Of a DNA stretch of 64,000 nt, positions 26,701-39,100 are shown piece by piece. Every line of letters starts with the position of its first letter. The stretch's first letter is position 1. The DNA is taken from positions 172,114,001 through 172,178,000 of the forward strand of contig NC_058368.1 in NCBI RefSeq assembly GCF_018350175.1, in the 5' to 3' direction. The notes under the pieces were generated by a model. It did no database searches. It was not told the origin of the DNA and saw nothing but the letters and a program-made list of their open reading frames with translations. Origin of the DNA: Felis catus. Taxonomy: Eukaryota. The position numbers and the translations under genes are program-made.

Positions 26701-29700
26701 AGCTTGTCAGTTTATTAGTTATAAAAGATACACATGAAAATTTAAGATTATAAAAGAAGCTGTTAGAAGGCAAAAAAATTGGTGAATTGCTAATGGTCCC
26801 AATATTAAATGTGTTTAGAATTCAGAGATTTTTTAGGCAAAGCTATATTTGTAAGGGAATGTAGGATTTTATAAAGAGATAGGAGTGGGTAGTATGTTTC
26901 AGGTGAAGAAAAGGATTGAGCAAAATTGGAGAGTTGGAAAGAAGTCCATACCATAGGAAGTAAATTAGTATATATTGAACAGACAATTCTTATGGGAAGA
27001 TAGTAGGGAATAGGGATGGGAGGTATGTAGGGGGGATTTGTGGGTTCTTAGATCTTGAGCCAAAGTGGTTTTTATTCTGTAGGTCATTGTTTTTAACTGT
27101 AAATCATGTATTCGAATGGAATTGTAACCACAAGTTCACTGTACTGTGCTAGAGTTGGAGGAAGAATGGAAATAACTTTTGTCCTCAGCTCCTAGCTATC
27201 ATTCTCCTTGAGCTCCATGAAATATGGGTCAGCCCTGCCCCAGGTCTCTGCAGAAAATGGATGAAACACTTTGTTCTAGATCATTGGTAACCATAAAAAT
27301 TTTTTAAATTTTTGATCAAGGCTGAGGAATATTATGCAAATCTTTTGAAATGGTATTCAAGAAGACTTAGTTGGCAGGAGAGGTTAAACCATAGGTGGGC
27401 TGTCACATTACTTGAGATACGGAGCATTAAGGTCTTGAACCATAGTAGAGGGACTACAAAGAAAAGACTGAAGAGACATTTCAGGGGCAGAAATGATCAG
27501 GCTGTTTGATTAAATAATGGAGAAGTAAATGAAGAATCAAAGGGGGATAGAACTGCTATTGAACACTATCTTTGTTAAAGACTTGGTCATAGGTTCTGTG
27601 GAGAAATTATGGAGAACTTCGCTTTTAAGAAGCTGTAATCTAGTTATAGAAACATGATCAAAACAGGCAAATCTGCTCTGTGATCTATTTTGCATAGACT
27701 TAGGGTTCTACCAGAACAACTTTACATACTTTGGGGTTCTAGGCAAGATTTTGTGTGTGTATGCACATGAGTTTTAAACTTCCCTTGCTAATAATTAAAA
27801 AAAAAAAAAAGCCCAAAACTTTGTTTTGTTATGTTTATTCAGTTGTATGGAGAAAAGCCTTTCTTGCTAATGTGATAGATTTCATTAAATAAGTGAGTGT
27901 TTACTCCATGCCAGGCATTATGTAGTGAACAAAGTGGTCTCAGTCCCTGTCTTCAAGATGAAAGGAAGTTATTAGTGCAATATGGTAAGTTACGATAGGG
28001 TACTACTGAAGGGCATAGAGTAAAAGTTGATAACATAAGTTCTGGAGCCAGTTTACTTGGGTTAGGGTCCCATCTTTGCCATTTACTTGCCATGCGACCT
28101 TGGGCAAATTGTGGAGCTTTTCTGTACCTTTGTTTTCTTTTTTATAAATTGTGTATAGCCTTGGGATTTTTCTTCAGTAAGTGCTCAGCAAGGTCAGTAT
28201 AGAATGGGTATCCTGGATTTTCTCCTGGGTTAAAGTTTTGCTTAGGGATCTATGTTCAGAGAACAGTGGGGCAAAGGAATTTTGGAAATTGCTAAGAGAT
28301 TGATTAAAGTGATAAGCCATATTGTTTAGGGAAGAAAATAAAAGCAGGAGGAGGGTGCTAATGCAGACAAATGAATATAGTCAAGATCAATGTACAATAA
28401 TGATATAATTAGAAGAATGCTGTAGAAAGTTATGGTCATGTAGAATGTTAATTAGAAGAATGCTGTAGAAAGTTATGGTCATGATGTTTTATTTCAGGCA
28501 AATTGCGGGAATAGTTTTAGTGATAGCAAGGTCCAGAATGTTGCTATGGGAATTGGTCTGAGAAGTGGGAATGGATAGGACAAGGAATACAAGGAACTGA
28601 GGCTAGAGCTTGAGAGGAGTTGTCCATGAGGAAATTTGTATCATCCAAGATAATGGCGGGATTTTGGAGGACGATTACTGTCTAAATGATGGTTATACCT
28701 AGAACAGATTTTTCATGTATTTGCAAAAATGTTAGTATAAAAAGAGTACTTAAGAAAAATTCACTAGATTATTAAAAAAAAGATTATATGTATTCTATAT
28801 TCTCTATTCTTGTAAGAATATATTACAAGTGGACATGTGCTTCAAATTTTTACTTTAATCAGTATAACCTCTTAACTACCGTTGACCCATGAACAATGTG
28901 GGGATTAGGAGTCCTGACCTCTGTGTAGTATGAAGTCTGTGTATAACTTTGACTCCCCAAAATTAACTGCTAATAGCCTACTGTTGACCAGAAGCCTTAC
29001 CAGTAAAATAGCCAATAAACACGTGTTTTGCATGTGACATGTATTATATACTATATTCTCACAATAAAGTAACTAGAGGAAAGAAAACATTAGAAAGATT
29101 CTTTTCAGTGTTCTAAGTATATCTTGAGCTGTAGTTGGTTCAGTCAACTCATTTTGTGGTGGTTTTGGGGTAGAAAAAAGTGAGTAAATGGAAAATGTAA
29201 ATAGTAGTCAGTTGATTTATAATTTCTCTTGTTAAATCTTTATTTTTTGTTTTTTTTTTTAAAGTTGTTTAATGGGTAGAAAAGTAAGATAACACTAATT
29301 TATGGACATGGTGATGCACCTTGCAGTTTTTAGGAACACTGTAGGAAGAGGAAAGAGGAAGAACTGCATAAGTATCTTCCTCTCTGAACTATTAGTTCTT
29401 TCTGCTTCGTGCATACTTTTGTTTTTCTATGGTAAAAATTTTATTGGAAGAAATAAACATTTATTTAAGATGTATACTTAAGATTCAAAAAAAAAAAAAA
29501 CCTGTGATGACTTTAATCTTTATTTATTTTTGACAGACAGGAGAGACAGAGCATGAGCAGGGGAGGGACAGAGAGACAGAGACACAGAATCTAAAGCAGG
29601 CTCCTGGCTCTGAGCTGTCAGCACAGAGCCCCACGCAGGGCTTGAACTCACGAGCCATGAGATCATGACCTAAGCTGAAGTTGGATGCCCAACCGACTGA

Positions 29701-30097
29701 GCCACCCAGGCACCCCAAACCTGTGATGACTTTAAAACACATAAGAGGTTTTACTAAACATATAAAGCCAGACTATTATTGGGAAGTATCTTTCCAGAAT
29801 GTTAGCAGGCTTGTATAGAATGAAAGGGTTAATGTTATATCCAAGCTTTGTCCTTTTTTCTCCCTTCCCCAATGAAAGGCATTTATGCTGAGATTCTATT
29901 ATAGTGAGATTATATTGTAGATTATATTTTGAGGTTAACCTAGTGTCTGTCTTTTGATTACAGTGTTGTCCTAGATGGTTTACTTCTTTGGGCTCTTTGA
30001 GGGCCTCTGTAGTTTTTACTACAACTCTAAAAACCAAAACAGATTGATTGATCTATTTATTTATTTATTTACTTATTTATTTAAATATTTGTTTACT

Positions 30098-30146
<49 letters not shown>

Positions 30147-33100
30147 GTGTGAGTGGGGGAGTGGCAGAGAGAGAGGGAGACACAGAATCCAAAGCACGTT
30201 CCATGCTCTGAGCTGTCAGCACAGAGCCTGATGCAGGGCTTGAACCCATGAACCGTGAGATCATGACCTGAGCCAAAGTCGGATACTTAACCAACTGAGC
30301 CACTCAGGTGCCCGAAAACAGATTTTTTAAATAAAAAGCTATAGAACTTATAAAATTGTTTTCATAAAATGAATTTAATACGATTTTTTTTTTAAATCAA
30401 CTGTCAGTCACAGTGTGAATATAGTGCTTCTTTGAGGGTATTTTGATGTGCCTGTACTAACCAGTTTTTCCACCACCTTTCTTTGCTATATCTGTTAATG
30501 AAACCTTCCTTTCTATATTATGCTAGCTGTATTCCTTTCTATATTATGCATCATTTGACCTTAATACATCATTTGTATATTAGTTTCCTCCATTTTTAGT
30601 AGACCACAGCAGTAAGTAGTACTAGTACCAATATGGTCTCTGAAATCACGTAGTACTTGATATATGTGGTCATCCAAATGATTGAAAGTATGCTCATATT
30701 ACCTGTTTTTAGGTTAACATCAAAATAAAAACAATAAATGTGTTCATAAAGGACTTGAGGACCCTTAAGAATACATCCTTGGTTTGAGAAACACTGTCAT
30801 AACAAATATCTTTTCCCACACTTTCCATAATTAACAGTGTTGTAGTGATGAGGCATTTGATAGAGTAGAGTATTGGAAGCCTGAGCATCTACTTTACAGG
30901 TTTAGGTTTTATCTACTTAAAAAATAAAAAATATTTTACTCTGCCCAGTATGGGGGGCAGGGCATGCCCAGTTTCTTTTGAAATAGGCTATACTTAATGC
31001 CCAGATTTACTTTTCTCTATAATTCTTAGTAATTCCTCATCTTAAAAATGTTTTTAATTATAAAACTAGTCAATACATGTGCATGGTGAAGACATTCAAC
31101 AGTAGAGAATAGTGGTATACATCATCCCTAGTTGTCCTTCCCAGAGGTAACCACTTTTACTTGTTTTGGTGGTTTCTACCTTTCACCAATGTATGTATAC
31201 TGTACTTCTGTTTCTTGTGATCAGTTTTAGTATTTGTTGACTCCTGATGTGGTGAATTTGACTCACTTAATGAGAAGTATTTGAGATGTTCACATGGCCC
31301 TGAATTTGTGTTAGCATAGAGCTCTAAGACTGACTATGCAAATCTTACTTGATTTGTGTCCAGCTGAATGCAGAAGCTAGCAATGACTTGTTCAGGAGAA
31401 AACAAAGAGGGGAGGGGTAGTGACCAAGAAGGAGGAACAAAACTTAGGTGAAGTTTTGAGTAATTTCATATAAAATTCATAGTTGATTTAAATAGGTTTC
31501 TTCTTATATGTAAGTACTCAAGCTATATTTAGAGAGAAAGTAGCTTCCTTAACACTATGTATACTCTTCAGTCACTGTCCATTTTTGCTGCCTCAAGGTG
31601 AAGATGTGGAAAAAATTTTGGATGAATGGAAGGAATATAAAATGGGAGTACCAACATATGGTGCAATTATTCTTGATGAGACACTTGAAAATGTGAGTGT
31701 AATAAAAGATTTTTAGTGCAGTCATCACCTGTTTTCATCATAAAATGTATGTGCTATTTATATAATGTTCTGAACTGAGGTTTGAAAATAGACTTTTAGT
31801 GCTGAAAGGCGAAAGTTTGTATATTTTTTCTGCATTCTGAGTCCTAATATTTTATACTTGTAGTATGACTTATTGCAAAGAAATATCACTTTATTGAAGA
31901 AATACTTTAAAATGGGCAGAATGCCCATCTTCATACTGGTATAGTGAGACTTTTGGAAGATATTAAAACCAAGTACTGTATAAAAATATTGGTGATAACA
32001 GTTACTTGAAGGAAGGTTAAACACCTTTGACCTAGAAAGGAGTGTGGGAAAGGAAGGCAAGTTTTATTTTTACCTCTGCTCATTTTTATAGGTACTACTG
32101 GTTCAGGGGTACCTAGCAAAATCAGGCTGGGGATTTCCAAAAGGAAAAGTAAATAAAGAAGAAGCTCCTCATGATTGTGCTGCTAGAGAGGTGAGTTACT
32201 GCAGTTTGAAACTTTGAAACACGGTAGCATTCGGTGATTATGCTTTGAGTAAAGTACTTTTTAGTCATGGAAATTTACTGTTTGGACCATCTAATCCTCT
32301 TTCTAGAACTTGACTGCAAGAAGTAACTTATCTTTTGTAAGGTGACTGTTGATTCTTTTGTCCACATGTATCATTTATTCTTCCCTTATTTGTTTCCGTT
32401 TTCTTTTATTGTCCATTTTTAATTCTGTTATCTCTAACTCCTTCTCTACCTTGTTTTAAAATTGGATTTGCAGTTGGTAAAACACTTTGGCATTTATAAC
32501 CCCTGTTTTATGTTTATTGTCTTGGCTTCCAGACAAGTGCACAATTTGTGCTTCCTTAAGAAATTTACATTTGTTGCTCAAACCCACTCTACCTTCCCAC
32601 TGCCTGTAAGATGAAGTTTAGTTCTTTAAACTATTGAAACTCCATCCCTTATTCCTGACACAAAATTTAGCCATTCCTAAATTTACCTTTATTCTCAGTC
32701 AAAAGAATTTATTCTCTGTTACTTGAATTTAACTGATTTGTTTCAGCCTCTAAACTTTGCTTATTTTATCTCCTTACTCGAAAAGTTGTCTTTTCTTCCT
32801 AACTATTCAAATCCTATCTAGACCGAGCTCAAATTATGACTTTTCTTATTTGTAAAGTGAGGTTTAGCGTGAATAACTTCTTTTTTTCTTTTTTTAAATG
32901 TTTATTCATTTTTTGAAAGAGGGAGAGAGAGAGCACAAGCAGAGGAGGGGCAGAGAGAGAGGAGACAAAATTCAAAGCAGGCTCCAAGCTCTGAGCTGTC
33001 AGCACAAAGCCTAATGGAAGACTCGAACTCATGAACCATGAGATCATGACCTGAACGGTTGGACGCTTAACCTGACTGAGCCACCCAGACGCCCCCCTTT

Positions 33101-36100
33101 TTTGTTTTAATTGTTTTAATTTAATTTAATTTTGTTTTAATTGAGGTGTAGTTTATACACAGTGTTAGTTTCAGGTGTAGACTATAGTGGTTCGGAAAAT
33201 CTGTATACATCAATGCTATGCTTACCACAAGTGTAGCTATCATTTGTCACCATACAACGCTATTACAATATCATTGGCTGTGTTCCCAATACTGAATCTT
33301 TTATCCCTGTGTTTTATTTATTTCATAACTGGAAGCCTGTACTTCCACTACCCTTCATCATTTTGTTCCTCCCCTAAACCACCTCCCCTGTGGCAGCCAT
33401 CAGTTTGTTTTCTGTACTTGTGGATCTTTTTCTGCTTTTTGTTTTTGTTTAAAAAAAATTTTTTTTTTAATGTGTATTTATTTTTGAGAGAGACAGAGAC
33501 AGAATGTGAGTGGGTTAGAGGCAGAGAGAGAGGGAGACACAGAATCTGAAGCAGGCTCCAGGCTCTGAGCTGTTAGCACAGAGCCTGATGCGGGGCCGGA
33601 ACCCACAAGCTGTGAGATCATGACCCAAGCTGAAGTCGGACGCTCAACCAACTGAGCCACCCAGGCGCCCCTCTTTTTGTTTTTTTAGATTCCAAATATA
33701 AGTGAAATAATATAGTAATGTCTTTCTCTGACTTATTTCACTTAACATCATACCTTCTAGACTATCCACGTTGTTGCAAATGGCAAGATCTCATTCTTTT
33801 TTTTATGGCCGAGTAGTATTCGTGTGTGTGTATGTGTATGTGTGCGTGCGCGCGCGCACGTACGTGTATGTACGTACGTATGTACGTACGTATGTACGTA
33901 CCCCACATCTTCTTTATCCATTCATCTATCGATGGGCACTTGGGTTGCTTCCATGTCTTGGTTATTGTAAATAATGCTGCAATAAACATAGGGGTGCTTA
34001 TGCCCTATATTAGGGTATATGTAAAAACACTGCTTCAAATTAGTGTTTTTGTATTCTTTGTGTAAATACTAGTGGAATTATTGGATCATATGGTATTTCT
34101 ATTTTTAATTTTTGAGGAACCTCTATGCTCTTTGCACAGTGGCTACACCAGTTTGCATCTCCACCAGCAGCGCACGAGGGTTTCTTTTTCTCCACATCCT
34201 CACCAGTACTTGTTATTTCTTATCTTTTTGATTGTGGCCATTCTGTAGAGTGAATAATTTCTAAAGTTCATTCATTTTTTCTTTTTAATTTTAGAGAGCA
34301 CATGGGAACGGGGGAGAGGGGCAGAGAGAGGGAGAGAATCTTAAGCAGGCTCAGTGTGGAGCCCAATGTGGGACTTGATCCCCCATCTCTGGGATCATGA
34401 CGTGAGCCAAAATCAAGAGTCAGACACTCAACCAACTGAGCAAACCAGGCATCCCTAAGGTTCTTTCTTAATTAAAATTCTGTTTATTTTAAAATTTAAC
34501 CAGTGAGCTCTATCCTATAGTAGTCTCTGAACTTTAATAACAGTTGTTGTCTAGACATTTGCTTGGCATTAATTATGTAGTACCTGTTATACGTTGTGGA
34601 CTGTATTCTTGTTTATGAATTCCTTATCATTTATCACATTACATCTTCTTGAAATTTGAGAAGTTGAGCTATAAAGAAGCACAATATAATGGAGAGAGAA
34701 CTGCTCTAGGAGTTGAAGATTTGTTCCAGTACGTTTCTAGTAAATGCTAGTCAATATCCTAGAGACTTTGGGTGAGCCACTTAATCTTTGTAAGATACAC
34801 GTACTATTAAGAGTTATTTAAGGGCTTCATAACTAGAAGTAAATATCTTTAAAATCTAAGGTGGTAGTGATTAACTTTGAGATATGTTTGAGACGGCAGT
34901 ATGGATTTTATGGCATGTTTCATTTGGATCTGTTGCCTTACTTTGTCTTGACTCAGTATTTTCCTGTAGCAACGTTCACCTGGTTTAAGTTTGGATGTAA
35001 TTATTGGTGAGTGATAGTAATTAAAATTCTTACAAACCACTAACATATTTATTTAACATAGAAAAACCATTAGTGGTTATTTACTTTGGAGTAGGATTTA
35101 AAAAATGATTGAAAATGCTACATTTCTAATTCAGTATGGAACGCTTTCTAAGTAAGTATTTGCAATAGCTTATAGACCAATAATACAAGTAAATGAAGGT
35201 TTACCCACACCCCTTAATATTGAAAGGTAACAGGTGAGAAATTGACACATCCTCTAAGACCTTTCCCTTTCTGTGGATAGTAGGAGACTAAATGGAGCGG
35301 TTGTAAAGTCTTCCCTTTTATGTCTTCAAATTTTGTGGTCCTCGTGCTCATAAGGAAGACAAAATAGAAAGCTTAGCATCCTGCTTAGAGGAATTGATCG
35401 GTAATCCTGTACGTAGAGTTAGACTGGTCCTACAGCAGTATGATAATTGTCTAGGTCCAGAAAAGAGACTACATTAACTGGAAAACAGGCTAAATTTGGT
35501 GAGATCAGCTGTCTCTGTAATTGGATCTTTTTGAGGAAACTTAGAGAACATCAAATATTTAAATTTGCAAAGCTGAAGTAGTACCCCAGACCCAAGGGAT
35601 CATCTACATCTACCACTAGAACCTTCCTTCTGACAAATTTTATACACTATATTGTAAGAGGCTGGGTGATGCAGAAATATAGGATATGGGGGTGGGCAGA
35701 GGCAATTAACCTGTGAACGTGAGGCACTCAGTTTTCACTTCAGTGTATCTTGTTTGTTTTCTACTCTGAAATACTAAGATAAAAGATTGTCCTATTCATG
35801 TGGTGCTAATTTCAGTAATAATTCTAGATCACCATAATTTGTAAGAAAGAAAAAGTTTATTAGGGCATGGGGAATGAGAGAATGGAGTGTAAATGATAGG
35901 ATGCTACAGAGAATCTTGTGGGGAGGGATACAGCCATTATGGAAGAGGATCAGCTTCATTTTATAGGAGAGGAACTGAAACAGATCAGTTTAGTAACATG
36001 CCCAAGGCCTCACAGTGAGCAGCAGAACAGGGATGCAGAACCTTGGTTGGGCTCTGGAGTCCATGTTTCTGACTACTACAATATAGGCAGTCAAGGAATA

Positions 36101-39100
36101 TTTGTAAATGGGTATTTCTAAACACACACAGAGATGGAAACAGAAGGAATTTGTGATTTTTAAGTACTGTGTATATTTTCTTTTTCTTTTTTTTTTTTTC
36201 AACGTTTATTTTATTTTTGGGACAGAGAGAGACAGAGCATGAACGGGGGAAGGGCAGAGAGAGAGGGAGACACAGAATCAGAAACAGGCTCCAGGCTCTG
36301 AGCCATCAGCCCAGAGCCCGACGCGGGGCTCGAACTCACAGACCGCGAGATCGTGACCTGGCTGAAGTCGGACGCTTAACCGACTGCGCCACCCAGGCGC
36401 CCCTGTGTATCTATTTTCTAATAACATTTACCTTTCTCAGGTGAATATGTATAAGTTTTTTTTTTTTTTTTCTGTTTTAGAGCTTTTGCCTTGCTCTGAG
36501 GAAAGCATAGGTATTCTTAGAAACCATAGACCCTTAATTTCAAGGAAAGACTTTTTCCTTTTGATAGTAAAAATTAATCCTTTTAAACTTTCAGATCTAA
36601 GTAACATCCTCTTTTAGCTGATAAAGGAACATGTCAGAAAAAAACTTGTCTTTGATTTTTCTACATTTTTGGATTAGAATTTGATTTTTATTTTTGGTTT
36701 TTAAATGGTTGCCTTTGTTATAAAGAGAGAAAAATTGGGGGGTTAAGGTTGAGCATTCCTATATTAGTCCAGTCAGGCTGCCATAACAAAATACCACAGG
36801 TGGAGTAGCTTAAACTCAACAGAAATTTAAGTTTTAGAGGCTGAGAAGGCCAAGATCAAGGTTCCTGGTGAGGGTTCTCATGCTGGCTTGCAGGTGGCTG
36901 CTTTCTTGCTCTGTGCTCATGTGGTCTTTTTCCTGGGTGCCTGTGTGAGTGCAGAGAGCTCGCCCTTTGTTGTTGTCATCTTATAAGAACACCCCCAACC
37001 TTAATGTCCTTATTAGGCCCCCAACCTTATGTCCTCATTTTACCTTTATCGCCTCCTCACAGGCCCTATTTCTAAATACAGTCAGTCGCATTAAGGGTTG
37101 GGCCTTCAACTTAGGAATTTTGGTAGGACAAAGTTCAGTGCAAAGCAGCTGCCATTTTCGAGTTTGAAAGTGTTCAACTAGCAGTCCTAGACTTGTGTAT
37201 GTTTCTGCCACTTGGTGGTGCTGCAGTATAACAGAAGCAGTGCTGTGTGGCCCTGGTGGGGGGAATATCACCAGTGTCTTAGTTTAAAACCAGATTGTTA
37301 TTTTTTGTAGGAGTTCATGTTAATATTACAGTTTTCCTTTTAATTTTCACTTGTATTAACCTGTCAGGAAGTGTTCTATCTGAAATTTTTTAGCTGCCAT
37401 TAGACTTAGGCTAATGCTTTAAACTTTTTTTTTCTTTTAAGTTGCGTGTTTCTGTCATGAGTGTTTAAGCTTGTTTTAAGTTGCTAAATAACATTTTAAT
37501 TTGGTTTATTATAGTTAAGTTAATGTTGTTATTTCATTATATGTGGCTGTCCAGAGGTGTTTTGTTAAAGCAGAATCTGATCCATCTTATAAGAACTGTT
37601 TATGTGATCTGAGCTGAAAGAAACACTGAAAGCAGGTTCCTCAGGGACAAGGTATGAATAATTAATAGAATGCTTAGTGCCATTTTTTTTTTTTTAATTT
37701 ATTTATTTACTTACTTATATAATCTCTACAGCCAACATGAGGTTTGAACTCATGACCCTGAAATCAAGAGTCGCGGGCTTCTCTGACTGAGCCAGCCAGG
37801 TGCCCCAACCTTAGTGCCATCTTGATTAGAAATTTCCTGTCTTTAACCTTTTGGTTCACCTTTGTTAATTGGGTTCTGTTACCTTTTATTTTTAATTTTT
37901 TTAATTTATTTTTTTTGAGAGAGAGAGAGACAGGGTGTGAGCAGGGCCTGGCAGAGAGAGAGACACAGAATCTGAAGCAGGTTCTAGGCTCTGGGCTGTC
38001 AGCACAGAGCCTGACATGGAGCTCGAATCCAAGAACCGTGAGATCATGACCCGAGCCGAAGTTGGATGCTTAACCCGCTGAGCCACCCAGGCGCCCCCAG
38101 TTCTGATTACTTTTATTCAGTGAGGTAGATTTAGGACAAGGATGGGAAAATGTTTTCTAGAGATTGTTGAAAGGATGTGTTAGGATAACTTCAGTATATT
38201 TTCATTGTTAATTGTGGTGAAATACCAGTTGTTGAATAAGCAAGTGATTTGTGTTTTCAGGATTTCATTTTGTTGCTTACTATTTAGCAAAACAGTATAT
38301 TTTATTGTAATGAAGCTGACTTTAATATGCATTTACATTACTTAATCTTGATAGAATTTGTACAGAGGAACAGTTGGTTGGTTTATTCTACTTCTTCCTA
38401 TAGGTTTATAAAAGATATTAGATAATAGGGAGAGGATTTCATTGTGCTGGTGCTCTTTGGGCAGCACATTTTTTAATCTTACTTAGGGATTTTTATCTGA
38501 TATCATTTGGGAAGTTAATGCTATTCTCTGTGCCAGGAAAATTAACTATGTACTATAATACAGGAATGGATTTGATCCATAGAAGATGTGGTATCAAAAT
38601 TTTTGTCTTTGATGTCTGTGTATGTGAGTGAGCTATTAAAAGCTTTTCCTGGTAAATATGATGAGAATGGATACCTAACTTTATTTTTTATTTTGAGAGA
38701 GTGTGTGTGTGTGTGAGTGGGGAGGGGCAGAGAGAGGTAGAGAATATCTATCCCACCTGGGGCTCCAACTCCTGAACCGTGAGATCATGACTTGAGCCGA
38801 AATCAAGAGTTTGGTGTTTATTTGACTGAGCCACCCAGGCGCCCCTGGATCCCTAACTTTAGAGGCAAATCAATCTTCATCACTTCTAGAATTGGGAGTT
38901 TATATCTGTTACTTTATTATATTTGTTCTAAGTTTGGTTGTACAGGGTTTGAAGCTATGTTTAGCGCTGATGGCTCTTTTCATTTTACCTCCTGTTGTAC
39001 CACTTCCTCCCATATGATTCTTCAGCTATAGTCTTTCCCAGCTCTAAGCGGAATGCCATTTTCCTATCTGGCAAACTCCTATTCATCTTTCAAGTCCAGC

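Larger units (their letters stand above)
26243..31564 (+). other. DCP2: U12-type (minor spliceosome) AT-AC intron 2
   Basis: 5' site ATATCCTT (26243-26250), branch site TTCCTTAAC (31545-31553), terminal AC (31563-31564). These ends restore the frame A-V-F-S-H-C-P. Confidence 0.96.

Noticed and set aside
28406..28483. 35-bp direct repeat as a CRISPR-like array
   Set aside because: Only two copies with an 8-nt spacer in a mammalian intron; no cas genes.
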